From an uncultured delta proteobacterium (GTDB taxonomy: Bacteria; Myxococcota_A; UBA9160; SZUA-336): a stretch of 64,000 bases of DNA. The notes under the pieces are model-generated. The model worked only from the letters and a program-made list of their open reading frames with translations, made no database searches and was not told the DNA's origin. Positions 24,998-34,776 of the stretch are shown here, one piece after another. The position numbers and the translations under genes were made by a program. The stretch lies in the NCBI GenBank assembly GCA_963704165.1, contig CAVPHD010000003.1, positions 256,001 through 320,000 of the forward strand. The letters run 5' to 3'. The stretch's first letter is position 1. Every line of letters begins with the position of its first letter.

Positions 24998-25584
24998 CGG
25001 TCGGCCCCCGCGAGGAGCTCGCGCGGCGGGTCGATCCAGAGCTCGCCGTGCTCGCGCTCGAGCCGGACGATCCACTCGGCGACGACCGGCAGAAGCAGGT
25101 CGGGTCGGCCGTCGCTTCGGATCACCAGAACGTCCGCGCCCGCGGTCGGGAGGATCTCGGCGATGCGGCCGAGCTCCGTGCCGTCCGCGGCTCGCGCCAG
25201 GAGTCCGATCAGATCGCGCCAGTAGAACTCGCCCTCGGGCAAGGACCGGATCAATTCAGGGGGAACCAGGACGGCGGCATCGACCCAGATCCGGGCGCGG
25301 TCTCGCGAGTCGATGCCCTCGAGAAAGAGTCGCAGGCGGGTCCGGCCCTGTGGCCCGTCACCGGCCGGCTCGGCGCTCTCTACGCGAAATGGAATCGTGC
25401 CGGGAGCCGAGCGCAGCGCGATGGTCGAGGCCGAGAGGAGATTCGTCGGGTCGTCGCTATGCAGCGAGACGAGCAGGCCGCCGTCCAAGCCGTGCGGCCG
25501 AAGCACTCGGCCGAGCTCGACCCAACCCCGGCCGGCGACGCCAGGCGCCGCTTCGATCTCGTTCGCTCTCCCGCTCGCTGTCAC
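24994..25584 (-). CDS. rimM: Ribosome maturation factor RimM
   Basis: [29 protein letters not shown]; sits between khpA and trmD. Confidence 0.93.
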   Translation of the reverse strand: MTASGRANEIEAAPGVAGRGWVELGRVLRPHGLDGGLLVSLHSDDPTNLLSASTIALRSAPGTIPFRVESAEPAGDGPQGRTRLRLFLEGIDSRDRARIWVDAAVLVPPELIRSLPEGEFYWRDLIGLLARAADGTELGRIAEILPTAGADVLVIRSDGRPDLLLPVVAEWIVRLEREHGELWIDPPRELLAGADR

Positions 25585-25587
25585 GGC

Positions 25588-25857
25588 TCAATCCTGATCG
25601 TCCTCGTCAGCGTCGCCGTTCTCGTCCTCGTCGTCGTCGTCCTCGCCGTGTCCGGCGATGTCGAGATCCCAGCCGTCGCCGTTCACGGCCAGCAAGGTGC
25701 GGATGGCCTTGGCGGTCTTTCCCCGCCGTCCGATGATCCGGCCGACGTCGTCGGGTGCGAGCCGGAGCTCGATGACGTGATCGTCGGCCGCGTGAACCTC
25801 GACCTCTTCGGGTTCTTCGGCCAGAGTGCGCGCGATGAAACTGACGAGCTCTTTCAT
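25588..25857 (-). CDS. khpA: KH-domain RNA-binding protein with acidic tail
   Basis: MKELVSFIARTL, DVGRIIGRRGKTAKAIRTLL; follows rpsP. Confidence 0.88.
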   Translation of the reverse strand: MKELVSFIARTLAEEPEEVEVHAADDHVIELRLAPDDVGRIIGRRGKTAKAIRTLLAVNGDGWDLDIAGHGEDDDDEDENGDADEDDQD

Positions 25858-25869
25858 CGTCGCCCTCGC

Positions 25870-26130
25870 CTAGCTCGCGCTCGGGGCCGCGGCCTGCGCG
25901 CGCTTCTGCCGACGAATCAGCGATGCGACCGTGTCGGAGAGAGTGGCTCCGCGCTCGACCCACTTCGCGAGCGAGGCTTCGCGCAGGTCGATCGACCCGT
26001 CCCCGCGCGGATCGTAGGTGCCGAGCTGCTCGAGCACGCGTCCCTGGCGCTTCTTGCGCGAATCCATGACGACGATGCGGTACGAGGGCGTGTTCTTGGC
26101 TCCGGTGCGATACAGGCGAACTGTGACCAT
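25870..26130 (-). CDS. rpsP: 30S ribosomal protein S16
   Basis: MVTVRLYRTGAKNTPSYRIVVMDSR, LGTYDP, GATLSDTV. Confidence 0.96.
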   Translation of the reverse strand: MVTVRLYRTGAKNTPSYRIVVMDSRKKRQGRVLEQLGTYDPRGDGSIDLREASLAKWVERGATLSDTVASLIRRQKRAQAAAPSAS

Positions 26131-26185
26131 GGAAGGACTCCGAGAGCGGCGAGTTGGGTCGGCCCAGACGGGCGAAGGGGCGAAG

Positions 26186-26383
26186 CTATAAGGGCTTCTG
26201 GCGTGCGTCAACCTTGGCGGCCCGGGCCGCGTCCTTCTCCCGCGAGCACGTCTCACAGGCGTAACGGACGACGTGGCGCTGACCGAGCCGGTCGTAACCG
26301 GCGTCCAAGGCCACTCTGCGCACGCGGACGGCTTCGCGGCCGCAGAAGTCGCACTTCAGGGTGGTCGGCTTGCGTTCCCGCAT
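26186..26383 (-). CDS. Small hypothetical protein with two CxxC pairs (putative zinc ribbon, 65 aa)
   Basis: MRERKPTTLKCDFCGRE...RYACETCSREK; fills the gap between rpsP and dciA. Confidence 0.65.
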   Translation of the reverse strand: MRERKPTTLKCDFCGREAVRVRRVALDAGYDRLGQRHVVRYACETCSREKDAARAAKVDARQKPL

Positions 26384-26422
26384 CTCCGGCGCGGACGTTA
26401 GCACGTCGGGTACCCTACGGAC

Positions 26423-26788
26423 GTGCCGCACCGTGACGATTTCCGACGCAACCAGAGAACGCGCCCTGCGCCCCACCCGAAGCGCCGGCGCGGTCCACCC
26501 GAGTCGATCGCCGACCTGCTGCCGCGCATGCTCGAGGAGGTCGGCCTGGGCGCGACGGCGGTGGCCGTCCAGGTGATTCGCGCGTGGGACGACGCTGTCG
26601 GGCTCGAGTTCGTCGATCACTGCCGCCCGGACGGGGTTCGAAACGGCGTGATCCAGGCGCGCGTGCGCGACTCCTCGTGGATGCAGCGCTTGCAGCTCGA
26701 AAAGCCGCGCATTCTCGCCTCCCTGCGCGAGCGCCTCGGCGACGCGGCGCCCGCGGATCTGCGGCTGCGAATCGGCTCGCTGGACTAG
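26423..26788 (+). CDS. DUF721 / DciA family helicase-loader-like protein
   Basis: ESIADLL, AWDDAVG, HCRP, VRDSSWMQRLQLEKPRIL, LRLRIG. Confidence 0.82.
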   Translation: MPHRDDFRRNQRTRPAPHPKRRRGPPESIADLLPRMLEEVGLGATAVAVQVIRAWDDAVGLEFVDHCRPDGVRNGVIQARVRDSSWMQRLQLEKPRILASLRERLGDAAPADLRLRIGSLD

Positions 26789-27381
26789 CGAACCAGGGCC
26801 GCCTCGATCTCGGAGAAGGCGATGGCGCCGTCTCGGAGCCGGGTCAGCGCGCCGTCGGCGTCGATCGCGACGACCGTGGAGGGAGCGAGTCCGGAGGCCG
26901 GCTCACCGCCGAGGACCGCGAGCGCCGCGCCGAACTCGCGCCCGACGTCGTCGGCGGTCGCGCACGGCGCCTGGCCGCTGCGATTGGCGCTGGTCGAGAC
27001 GATCGGGAATCCGGCTGCACGCGCGAGCGCTGCGGCCCCGGCGTGCGAGGAGCAGCGGAATCCGACGCCGAGCGGCGTGCGCACACCGTCGAGGCGGGGA
27101 TCGGCGACCGGAACGACCAGGGTGAGCGGACCGGGCCAGAAACGCTCGGCGAGAGCTCGCGCCGCGGCCGGGAGCGGATCGCCGTGGCGTGCGAGCGCCG
27201 CCGCGTCGGCGATCAGGATCGAGAGCCCGCGCTCGGCGTCGCGGCCCTTCAAGGTCCGCAGCCGCGCCAGGGCGGAGGGCGAGAACGCGTCGGCGCCGAG
27301 GCCCCAGACGGTCTCGGTCGGATAGGCGACGACCTGGCCATCCGCGAGGCGGCGGACCGCCTCGTCCAGCGAGACGATCAC
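26785..27381 (-). CDS. tsaC: L-threonylcarbamoyladenylate synthase (TsaC/YrdC)
   Basis: YPTETVWGL, LKGR, FWPGPLTLV, STSANRSG, PSTVV. GTG overlaps the purD stop. Confidence 0.92.
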   Translation of the reverse strand: MIVSLDEAVRRLADGQVVAYPTETVWGLGADAFSPSALARLRTLKGRDAERGLSILIADAAALARHGDPLPAAARALAERFWPGPLTLVVPVADPRLDGVRTPLGVGFRCSSHAGAAALARAAGFPIVSTSANRSGQAPCATADDVGREFGAALAVLGGEPASGLAPSTVVAIDADGALTRLRDGAIAFSEIEAALVR

Positions 27382-28661
27382 GCGCGTCGCGTCTTGGGCA
27401 CGCGCGCGGCGATGTCGCGCCGGTAGTGCACGCCATCGAACTTCACGAGCGCCGTGAGCTCGTAGGCGCGCGCCCGCGCGGCCGCGAGCGTCGCGCCGCG
27501 CGCGGTCACGCCCAGCACACGGCCGCCCGCGGTCTGCCAGCGGCCGGAGACACGCCGGGTTCCCGAGTGAAACACTTTTGCGTCGGGTAGGCCGGCGAGC
27601 GCGTCGAGCCCGCGGATCTCGCGTCCGGACGGATAGCTGCGCGGATAGCCCTCGCTCGCGAGCACCACGCAGACCGCCGGATCTCCGAAACGCACGGGCA
27701 CGGAATCGTCGGGAAGACGACCCTCGGCCGCTCCGACCAGCAGCGGCACCAGGTCGCTCTCGAGCCGGAACAGGAGCGACTGCGTCTCCGGGTCGCCGAA
27801 GCGCGCGTTGAACTCGATCACTCGCGGGCGTCCTGCGTCGATCATCAGCCCGACGAAGAGCGCGCCTCGAAACGGCCGGCCTTCGGCGAGCATTCCCGCG
27901 ACCGTCGGGCGGACGATCGTCTCGACGATCTCGCGCTCGACGCTCGCGTCGATCGGCGCCGCGGGCGAGTACGCGCCCATGCCGCCGGTGTTCTCGCCGC
28001 GGTCCCCGTCGAGCGCGCGTTTGTGGTCCTGCGCGTGGGAGAGCACGACGAAGCGCTCGCCGTCGCAGAGCGCGTAGAAGCTCGCCTCCTCGCCGACGAG
28101 CTGTTCCTCGATCACGACTTCCGCGCCCGCGGCGCCGAATCGCCGCTCGCGCATGATCTCGCCGATTGCGCGCTTCGCCTCGTCGGGGTCCGCGCAGACG
28201 AAGACGCCCTTCCCCGCCGCGAGCCCGTCGGCCTTCACCACGCACGGCCCGCCGAGCGCGACTACGTGCGCTTCGGCCTCGTCCGCCTCGCGGAAGCTCG
28301 CGAACGCCGCGGTCGGGATGCGGTGACGCGCCATGAACTCCTTCGCGAAGTGCTTGCTCGACTCGAGTCGCGCGGCCTCCGCGCTCGGGCCGAAGACCGC
28401 GACGCCCGCATCGGTGAGCCGGTCGCTGATGCCAGCTTCGAGCAGATCCTCGGGGCCGACGACGACGAGCGAGACGCCCTCGCGCTTCACCAGCTCGAGC
28501 ACCGCGCGCGGATCCCGCGGGTCGATCGCGAAGACGCGCGCGTCCTCGGCGATGCCGTCGCTGCCCGGCGCGCAGAGCACCGCATCGACGAGGGGACTGC
28601 GCGCGATCGCCCACGCGAGCGCGTGCTCGCGGCCGCCGGAGCCCAGGACGAGCACGCGCAT
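27378..28661 (-). CDS. purD: Phosphoribosylamine--glycine ligase
   Basis: GSGGREHAL, KADGLAAGKGV, QDHKR, NTGGMGAYSP, EFNARFGDPE. Confidence 0.97.
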   Translation of the reverse strand: MRVLVLGSGGREHALAWAIARSPLVDAVLCAPGSDGIAEDARVFAIDPRDPRAVLELVKREGVSLVVVGPEDLLEAGISDRLTDAGVAVFGPSAEAARLESSKHFAKEFMARHRIPTAAFASFREADEAEAHVVALGGPCVVKADGLAAGKGVFVCADPDEAKRAIGEIMRERRFGAAGAEVVIEEQLVGEEASFYALCDGERFVVLSHAQDHKRALDGDRGENTGGMGAYSPAAPIDASVEREIVETIVRPTVAGMLAEGRPFRGALFVGLMIDAGRPRVIEFNARFGDPETQSLLFRLESDLVPLLVGAAEGRLPDDSVPVRFGDPAVCVVLASEGYPRSYPSGREIRGLDALAGLPDAKVFHSGTRRVSGRWQTAGGRVLGVTARGATLAAARARAYELTALVKFDGVHYRRDIAARVPKTRRA

Positions 28662-28708
28662 GCTTCCCTCCGAGTGAGGTCCCGATGTACGCGGGCGCGA
28701 CGCGGGAA

Positions 28709-29827
28709 TCAAGTCGCGATGCGCGGCACCCGCTTGCCGATTCGCGCCAGGATCTCGTACGAAATCGTGCCGGCCGCGCGCGCGACCTCCTCGACCGGGA
28801 TCGCGAACTCGCCGCGCCGGCCGAAGATCAGCACTTCATCGCCCGGCTCGATCGGTCCATCCCCGGGCACGGCCGCGGCGGAGAGGTCGCACGAGACGCG
28901 ACCGACCAGAGGCACGCGCCGGCCGCGAAATCCGACGGCGATCTTCCCGCCGACGGCGCGCGGCAATCCGTCGGCGTAGCCGATCGCGAGCGTGAGGATG
29001 CGCGTGGTTTCGCGTGCGACGAAGTCCCCGCCGTAGCCGATCTTCGTCCCCGCCCGGACCGTCTTCGCGTGACAGACGCGCGCGAAGAGACTCATCACGG
29101 GCTCGAGCGCGTTCCCGCCCGAAAGCAGCGGATCGGCGCCCCAGAGCCAGAGCCCGGGCCGAACCGCATTCGTGCCCGGAGCGGGACCGCGCGCGATGCC
29201 CGCGGAGTTGTCGACGTGGATCCATTCGGGCGCGAAACCGGCGGCACGAACGCGCGCCTCGAGGTCCGAGAAGAGCGCGCGCTGCCGCTCGGTGGCGGGC
29301 GCGTCCAGATCGTCCGCCTCGGCGAGGTGGCTCATCACGCCCTCGAGCCGCAGCGCCTTCGCGGCCCGCAGCCGCTCGAGAAACCCCGGTAGCTCTTCGG
29401 GCGCGAGACCGAGCCTTCCCATTCCGGTGTCGAACTTCAGGTGGAACGCCGCGACTCGGCTCGCGCGCGAAGCCGCCCGATCGAGCCAGTCGAGCGTCTC
29501 GACGCGACTCACGACCGGCGTCAGGTCGCGCGCGAGCGCCGTCTCCGCTTCGACCGGTTCGAGAAGTCCGCCGAGAATCAGGATCGGCTCGCGAACGCCG
29601 GCGTCGCGCAGCTCGAGCGCTTCCTCGACCGAGATCACCGCGAAGGCGTCGCAGCCGTCGGCGGCGAGCGCTCGCGCGACCATCACCGCGCCGTGTCCGT
29701 AGGCGTCCGCCTTCACGACCGCGATCACGCGGCGGCCCCCGGCACGCGCGCGGATCGCGCGCAAGTTGCGCACGAGCGCACCCAGGTCGATCTCGGCCCA
29801 GGCGCGCGTCTTCGCTCCCCCGCTCAC
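28709..29827 (-). CDS. alr: Alanine racemase
   Basis: AVVKADAYGHG, DTGMGRLG, IGYG, IGYADG, GTISYEIL. Confidence 0.93.
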   Translation of the reverse strand: MSGGAKTRAWAEIDLGALVRNLRAIRARAGGRRVIAVVKADAYGHGAVMVARALAADGCDAFAVISVEEALELRDAGVREPILILGGLLEPVEAETALARDLTPVVSRVETLDWLDRAASRASRVAAFHLKFDTGMGRLGLAPEELPGFLERLRAAKALRLEGVMSHLAEADDLDAPATERQRALFSDLEARVRAAGFAPEWIHVDNSAGIARGPAPGTNAVRPGLWLWGADPLLSGGNALEPVMSLFARVCHAKTVRAGTKIGYGGDFVARETTRILTLAIGYADGLPRAVGGKIAVGFRGRRVPLVGRVSCDLSAAAVPGDGPIEPGDEVLIFGRRGEFAIPVEEVARAAGTISYEILARIGKRVPRIAT

Positions 29828-29867
29828 GCGCTTCAATCTAGGCGAGCTTTCCGCTAACGTCCCGCGC

Positions 29868-30071
29868 GTGAAGTACGTGCTGAACGGCGAATCCCACGAG
29901 ACGCCGGACCCCCTCAGCGTGCTCGACCTGCTGACCCGCTTCGATCTCCGAAGCCAGCGGGTCGCGGTCGCTCTGAATTCCGAGGTGGTTCCGAAGTCGC
30001 GCTTCGCGGAGGTCTGGATCCGCGAGGGCGACAAGGTCGAGGTGATCCACGCCGTCGGAGGTGGCGCTTGA
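29868..30071 (+). CDS. thiS: Sulfur carrier protein ThiS
   Basis: [30 protein letters not shown]. Confidence 0.9.
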   Translation: MKYVLNGESHETPDPLSVLDLLTRFDLRSQRVAVALNSEVVPKSRFAEVWIREGDKVEVIHAVGGGA

Positions 30072-30847
30072 ATCCGTCCTATCGCCTCGGTGATCTGGAG
30101 CTGCGCTCGCGCCTGATCATCGGAACCGGGAAGTACAAGTCGTTCGAAGAGAACCGCCAGGCGCTCGACGCGAGTGGCGCGGAGATGATCACGGTGGCGG
30201 TGCGACGCGTCGACCTCGCCGCGCGCGGCGCGGATTCGCTGCTCGAGTGGATTCCGCCCGATCGCTTCCACATCCTGCCCAACACCGCCGGGTGTACGAC
30301 GGCCACCGAAGCCGTCACGACCGCCCAGCTCGCACGCGAGCTGCTCGACACGAAGCTCGTGAAGCTCGAGGTGATCGGCGATCCACGGACGCTCTTCCCC
30401 GACACGACCGCGACGATCGAGGCCGCGCGGGTCCTCGTCGCGGAGGGCTTCACGGTTCTCCCGTACATCACCGACGACCCGGTCGCGTGCATGCGGCTCG
30501 AGGAGATCGGCTGCGCCGCGGTCATGCCGCTCGGCGCACCGATCGGATCCGGCCTCGGCCTGCGCAATCCGACGAACCTGCGGATCATTCTCGAGAGCGT
30601 GTCCTGCCCGGTGATCGTCGATGCCGGCGTGGGCACGGCCTCGGACGCCGCGATCGCGATGGAGCTCGGCTGCACCGCCGTGCTGATGAACACCGGCATC
30701 GCGAGCGCGAAGGATCCGATCAAGATGGCGCACGCGATGAAGCTCGCGGTCGAAGCCGGGCGCGCGGCCTACGAAGCCGGACGGATGCCGCGGAGACTTC
30801 ACGCGCAGGCGTCGAGTCCCGAGACAGGGCTGATCGATCTGTCGTGA
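30068..30847 (+). CDS. thiG: Thiazole synthase
   Basis: [47 protein letters not shown]. Confidence 0.97.
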   Translation: MNPSYRLGDLELRSRLIIGTGKYKSFEENRQALDASGAEMITVAVRRVDLAARGADSLLEWIPPDRFHILPNTAGCTTATEAVTTAQLARELLDTKLVKLEVIGDPRTLFPDTTATIEAARVLVAEGFTVLPYITDDPVACMRLEEIGCAAVMPLGAPIGSGLGLRNPTNLRIILESVSCPVIVDAGVGTASDAAIAMELGCTAVLMNTGIASAKDPIKMAHAMKLAVEAGRAAYEAGRMPRRLHAQASSPETGLIDLS

Positions 30848-31470
30848 CTCCGCGTCTGTGCTTCATGAGCGACGGCGCGCGAGGCAGCGCGGGACGGCCG
30901 CTTCTCGACGTGATCGAAGCGCTCGCGCGCGGTGGCGTCGAACTCGTCGTCTTGCGCGAACGCGACTGGACCGGCGCGGAGTGGACCGAAGCCGCGCGCA
31001 GGCTCGAACCTGCGCGCCGGCGCGGCCTGCGCGTGGTCGCGAGCCGGCGGCTCGACGTCGCGCGCGCGCTCGGACTCGACGGGGTTCAGCTCGGACGCGA
31101 GGCGATCCCGGTCCGCGAGGCCCGCGCGTTCCTCGGCCCGGACGCGCTGATCGGGTATTCGGCCCACGACGGCGACGAAGCGCGCCACGCCGCGGCGGAG
31201 GGCGCAAGCTACGTGATGCTGTCACCGATCTACGACACCGGCTCGAAGCCCGGCGCGACGCCGCGTGGCTGTGACTGGCTGCGCGAGGCGAGCGCGGATC
31301 TTGCGATTCCCGCACTCGCGCTCGGCGGACTCACTCCCGCACGTGTCTCCGAGGTACGAGCGGCCGGGGCGTTCGGCGTCGCCGCGGTCGAAGCACTCGG
31401 CGCCGCGCCCGACCCCGAAGCTGCGGCGCGGGCCTTTCGGCGCGCACTCGCGGACGGCGCGAGCGCATGA
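30844..31470 (+). CDS. Thiamine-phosphate synthase / TenI family protein
   Basis: [33 protein letters not shown] overlaps the thiG stop. Confidence 0.82.
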   Translation: MTPRLCFMSDGARGSAGRPLLDVIEALARGGVELVVLRERDWTGAEWTEAARRLEPARRRGLRVVASRRLDVARALGLDGVQLGREAIPVREARAFLGPDALIGYSAHDGDEARHAAAEGASYVMLSPIYDTGSKPGATPRGCDWLREASADLAIPALALGGLTPARVSEVRAAGAFGVAAVEALGAAPDPEAAARAFRRALADGASA

Positions 31471-32828
31471 GGCTGCGCGCCACGCTCGCTCTATTGGTCT
31501 TCGTGCTGACCGGTTGCGCCGGACTTCCGCCCGCCTTCGCGCGCGACGCGCTCGACGAGCTTCAGGCGCGCATCATCGAGGTGAATCGCGACGTCTCACC
31601 CGCCGTCGTGCACATCGAATCCGCCGTGCGGGTGAACAACCGGCGCGATCTGATCGAGGGATCGGGCTTCCTGATCAATCCGTCGGGTGTGCTGCTGACG
31701 AACTGGCACGTGGTCGATCGCGCCGAGAAGGTCAGCGTGATCGTGACCGGACGCGACGGCCGCTACGACGCCGAGGTCGTCGGCACCGACAAGCAGACGG
31801 ACGTGGCCGTTCTGCGCCTGGTTCCGCGCCCCGGCGAGCGGCCCTTCCCGTTCGCGAAGCTCGGTGACTCGGACAAGCTCGCGGTCGGCGAGTGGGTCAT
31901 CGCGATCGGAAACCCGTACGGGCTCGAGGGATCTGTCTCTCTTGGGATCGTGTCTGCCAAGGGCCGCGATCTGCGGACCGAGCAGCTCCTCAACGACTTC
32001 ATCCAGACCGACGCGATGATCGACCACGGCTCTTCGGGCGGCCCGCTGATCAACCTGCGCGGCGAGGTGGTCGGAATCAACTCGCGCGGCCAGGGCCGCG
32101 GCATCGGCTTCACGATTCCGATCAACACCGCCAAGCGCGTCTCCGGCGATCTGCTCGATGTCGGACGCATCGCGCGCGGCTACCTCGGGGTGACGATCCA
32201 GCCGCTGCCGCGCGAGCTCGCCCGCTATTGGGGCGAGCCGGACCTGCACGGCGTGGTGATCGGCTCGGTTGCGCGCGGCTCCCCGGCCGAAGCCGCCGGG
32301 ATCGAAGTCGGCGACGTGCTGATTCGATTCGATGGCGAGCCGCTCCGCGCCGAGAAGGACGAGGATCTCGGCCAGTTCCAGCGTCTGGTGGCGCTCGAGA
32401 GCGTCGGCCGGGACGTCGCGATCGAGGTCGTGCGCAGCGGCGAGCGCCGGAAGCTCCGCGCCACGCTCGCCGCTCAGCCGAAGTACGTGCCCGACGAGGT
32501 CGAGAGCGCGCACGGCTTCACCGTCGAAGAGATCACCGAAGCGAGCTTCCGCGGCCAGCGACTGCCGCAGCGCGACGGCGTGCTGGTCTCCTTCGTCGAG
32601 CCCGGCTCCGAAGCCGACGAGGCGGGAATGGTCCGCGGCGACCTGATCGTCGAGGTCGAGAAGCTCCCCGTCGCGACGCTCGAGGACTTCCGCTCTGCGC
32701 TCGGCGAGAAGAAGGACCACCCGTTCCTGGTGCGCGCGCTCCGCGGCGACGACACCCGCTTCCTTCTCGTCAACCCGCGCGCGAAGACCGAGCCAACCCC
32801 GGCGACGAACTCCTCGAGTCGGCGCTGA
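31467..32828 (+). CDS. HtrA/DegP-family serine protease with PDZ domains (lipoprotein)
   Basis: Lipobox LTGC, TNWHVV, TDVA, IGNPYG, DAMIDHGSSGGPL, two PDZ domains. Confidence 0.9.
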   Translation: MRLRATLALLVFVLTGCAGLPPAFARDALDELQARIIEVNRDVSPAVVHIESAVRVNNRRDLIEGSGFLINPSGVLLTNWHVVDRAEKVSVIVTGRDGRYDAEVVGTDKQTDVAVLRLVPRPGERPFPFAKLGDSDKLAVGEWVIAIGNPYGLEGSVSLGIVSAKGRDLRTEQLLNDFIQTDAMIDHGSSGGPLINLRGEVVGINSRGQGRGIGFTIPINTAKRVSGDLLDVGRIARGYLGVTIQPLPRELARYWGEPDLHGVVIGSVARGSPAEAAGIEVGDVLIRFDGEPLRAEKDEDLGQFQRLVALESVGRDVAIEVVRSGERRKLRATLAAQPKYVPDEVESAHGFTVEEITEASFRGQRLPQRDGVLVSFVEPGSEADEAGMVRGDLIVEVEKLPVATLEDFRSALGEKKDHPFLVRALRGDDTRFLLVNPRAKTEPTPATNSSSRR

Positions 32829-32842
32829 TCCGCGAACCGGGA

Positions 32843-33376
32843 ATGATCACGACTCGCCCGATGGCGGCTTCGGAGCTCGATCGGATCGGCGAGGTCGATC
32901 GGACGGAGCACGTGACACGCGAGTATTCGTATCGACGGGGTCTTCTCGAGTGCCGCGTCGTCGACGTGCGGGCTCCGCGATGGTCGCCGGACGGCGACCA
33001 CGCGCGGAGCGTTCGAGGGCAGATTGGGGCCTGGCGGCCGATTCTCGAGCGCGGCGGAGTGCTCGTCGGCGCGTTCGACGCCGATGCGCTGGTCGGATTC
33101 GCGATCTACCGCCCCGACCTCGCGGAGGGAACGGCGAACCTGGCGGCTCTGTACGTCAGCCTCGAGTGGCGGCACGCGGGCGTCGGGTCGCGACTGACCG
33201 AAGAAGTCGCGCGTCTAGCGCGCGCCGACGGCGCGCGGCGCCTCTACGTCTCCGCGACGCCGAGCGTCCCCACCGTGGACTTCTACTCGAGCCGGGGCTT
33301 CCGGCCCACCGACGAGCCGGACGCGGCGTTGTTCGCGCTCGAACCCGACGACATCCACATGATTCGCGATCTGTGA
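32843..33376 (+). CDS. GNAT-family N-acetyltransferase
   Basis: LYVSLEWRHAGVGSRL (motif A), LYVSATPS..TVDFY..RGF, EPDDIHM. Confidence 0.85.
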   Translation: MITTRPMAASELDRIGEVDRTEHVTREYSYRRGLLECRVVDVRAPRWSPDGDHARSVRGQIGAWRPILERGGVLVGAFDADALVGFAIYRPDLAEGTANLAALYVSLEWRHAGVGSRLTEEVARLARADGARRLYVSATPSVPTVDFYSSRGFRPTDEPDAALFALEPDDIHMIRDL

Positions 33377-33380
33377 CGCC

Positions 33381-34394
33381 GTGTGCCGGCGCAAGTCGAC
33401 CCACGTGAGAGTCGCGGTCGTCGCCACGGTCGCGCTCGCGCTCACCTCGTGCGCGCTGTCTCGCGATCTGCTCGACGGGCCCGCGCGACGGCGCAGCCGG
33501 AGCTACGCGATCTCCGCGGAGGCCCTGCGCGCGGAGTCGATCACGTCCGAGCTCGACGTCGCCTACGACGGCGGCGAGAACCCGCGTCGCAAGCTCGATC
33601 TCTACCTGCCCGAGGCGCGCGCGCGAGCCGCGCTTCCCGTGATCGTCTTCTTTCACGGGGGCGGCTGGTCGAAAGGGGACAAGTCCGACGGCGCCGGACG
33701 GCTCCTACCGTTCGTTCGATCCGGTCGGTACGCTGGCGTCTCGGCCGAGTACCGGTTCTCCGACGAAGCCCGGTGGCCCGCTCAGATCCACGACTGCAAG
33801 GCCGTGATCCGTTGGGTTCGGGCGAACGCCTCCCGGTACGGATTCGACGCCGACCGGATCGGCGTCTGGGGCACGAGCGCGGGGGCTCATCTGGCACTCA
33901 TGACGGGCGTGACCGGGGACGTGGCGGAGCTCGAGGGCGACGTCGGTCCGCATTTGGACATGAGCAGCCGCGTGTCCGCGGTCGCGAACTTCTTCGGCGT
34001 GACGGATCTCAACGCGATCGGCGGGACGTCTGGCGGATCGGATCGCGCCGCCCGGTCGGATGCGCCCGAGGCGAGGCTGATCGGCGGACCGGTTCGCGAG
34101 AATCCCGAGAAAGCCAGGGCCGCGTCGCCGATCACGTACGTCACCCCGGGCGATCCGCCGGTGCTGACGGTCCACGGCTCGGCCGACCGCACCGTCGCCT
34201 ACGAGCAGTCGGTCGCACTCGATCGAGCGCTGCGGAACGCCGGTGTGCCGACGTACTTCGTGACGGTGAGCGGCGCGGGGCACGGCAACTTCGGAACCTC
34301 GGCAGACGACCGGGTGTCCGCGTTCCTAGACCGCCATCTGCGCGGGCGCGACGTCGAGATCCCGACCTCGCCAATCGTCGAGTGGGAGCCCTGA
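33381..34394 (+). CDS. Alpha/beta-hydrolase (HSL-like esterase, probable lipoprotein)
   Basis: LALTSC, HGGGW, GTSAG, HGSAD, GAGHG. Confidence 0.88.
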   Translation: MCRRKSTHVRVAVVATVALALTSCALSRDLLDGPARRRSRSYAISAEALRAESITSELDVAYDGGENPRRKLDLYLPEARARAALPVIVFFHGGGWSKGDKSDGAGRLLPFVRSGRYAGVSAEYRFSDEARWPAQIHDCKAVIRWVRANASRYGFDADRIGVWGTSAGAHLALMTGVTGDVAELEGDVGPHLDMSSRVSAVANFFGVTDLNAIGGTSGGSDRAARSDAPEARLIGGPVRENPEKARAASPITYVTPGDPPVLTVHGSADRTVAYEQSVALDRALRNAGVPTYFVTVSGAGHGNFGTSADDRVSAFLDRHLRGRDVEIPTSPIVEWEP

Positions 34395-34398
34395 CGCG

Positions 34399-34776
34399 AT
34401 GCGTGCGATCGGCAGATCACTCGCCCTCGTCGCCGCGCTCTTCGGCCTGGTGACGATCGCCGCGGGGACTCGGGTCCTCGCGGGCGCCGACCCGGGGTAC
34501 CTCGTGTTCCGGCCGTTGCTGATCTACAACGCCTCGATGGGATTCGCGTACGTGGCGGCGGGGGTGCTGGCCTTTCGAAGGCTCGATCGCGGTGCATGGG
34601 CGGCGGCCGCGATCTTCGCGCTGAACCTCATCGTGCTGGCCACGATCGGCTCCCTGTACGCGTCGGCGGGCAGCGTCGCGATCGAGAGCGTTCGCGCGAT
34701 GAGTCTCCGAACCGCCGTCTGGCTGCTCTTGTTCCTCGGAATGCGGTGGGCCGCTCGCGCGCAGGGCTCTCGCTAG
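34399..34776 (+). CDS. Hypothetical four-TM membrane protein
   Basis: Four hydrophobic segments; fills the gap after the esterase. Confidence 0.65.
   Translation: MRAIGRSLALVAALFGLVTIAAGTRVLAGADPGYLVFRPLLIYNASMGFAYVAAGVLAFRRLDRGAWAAAAIFALNLIVLATIGSLYASAGSVAIESVRAMSLRTAVWLLLFLGMRWAARAQGSR

Noticed and set aside
29828..29867. TPP riboswitch upstream of thiS
   Set aside because: Only 40 nt separate the divergent alr and thiS starts, and no aptamer motif is visible.
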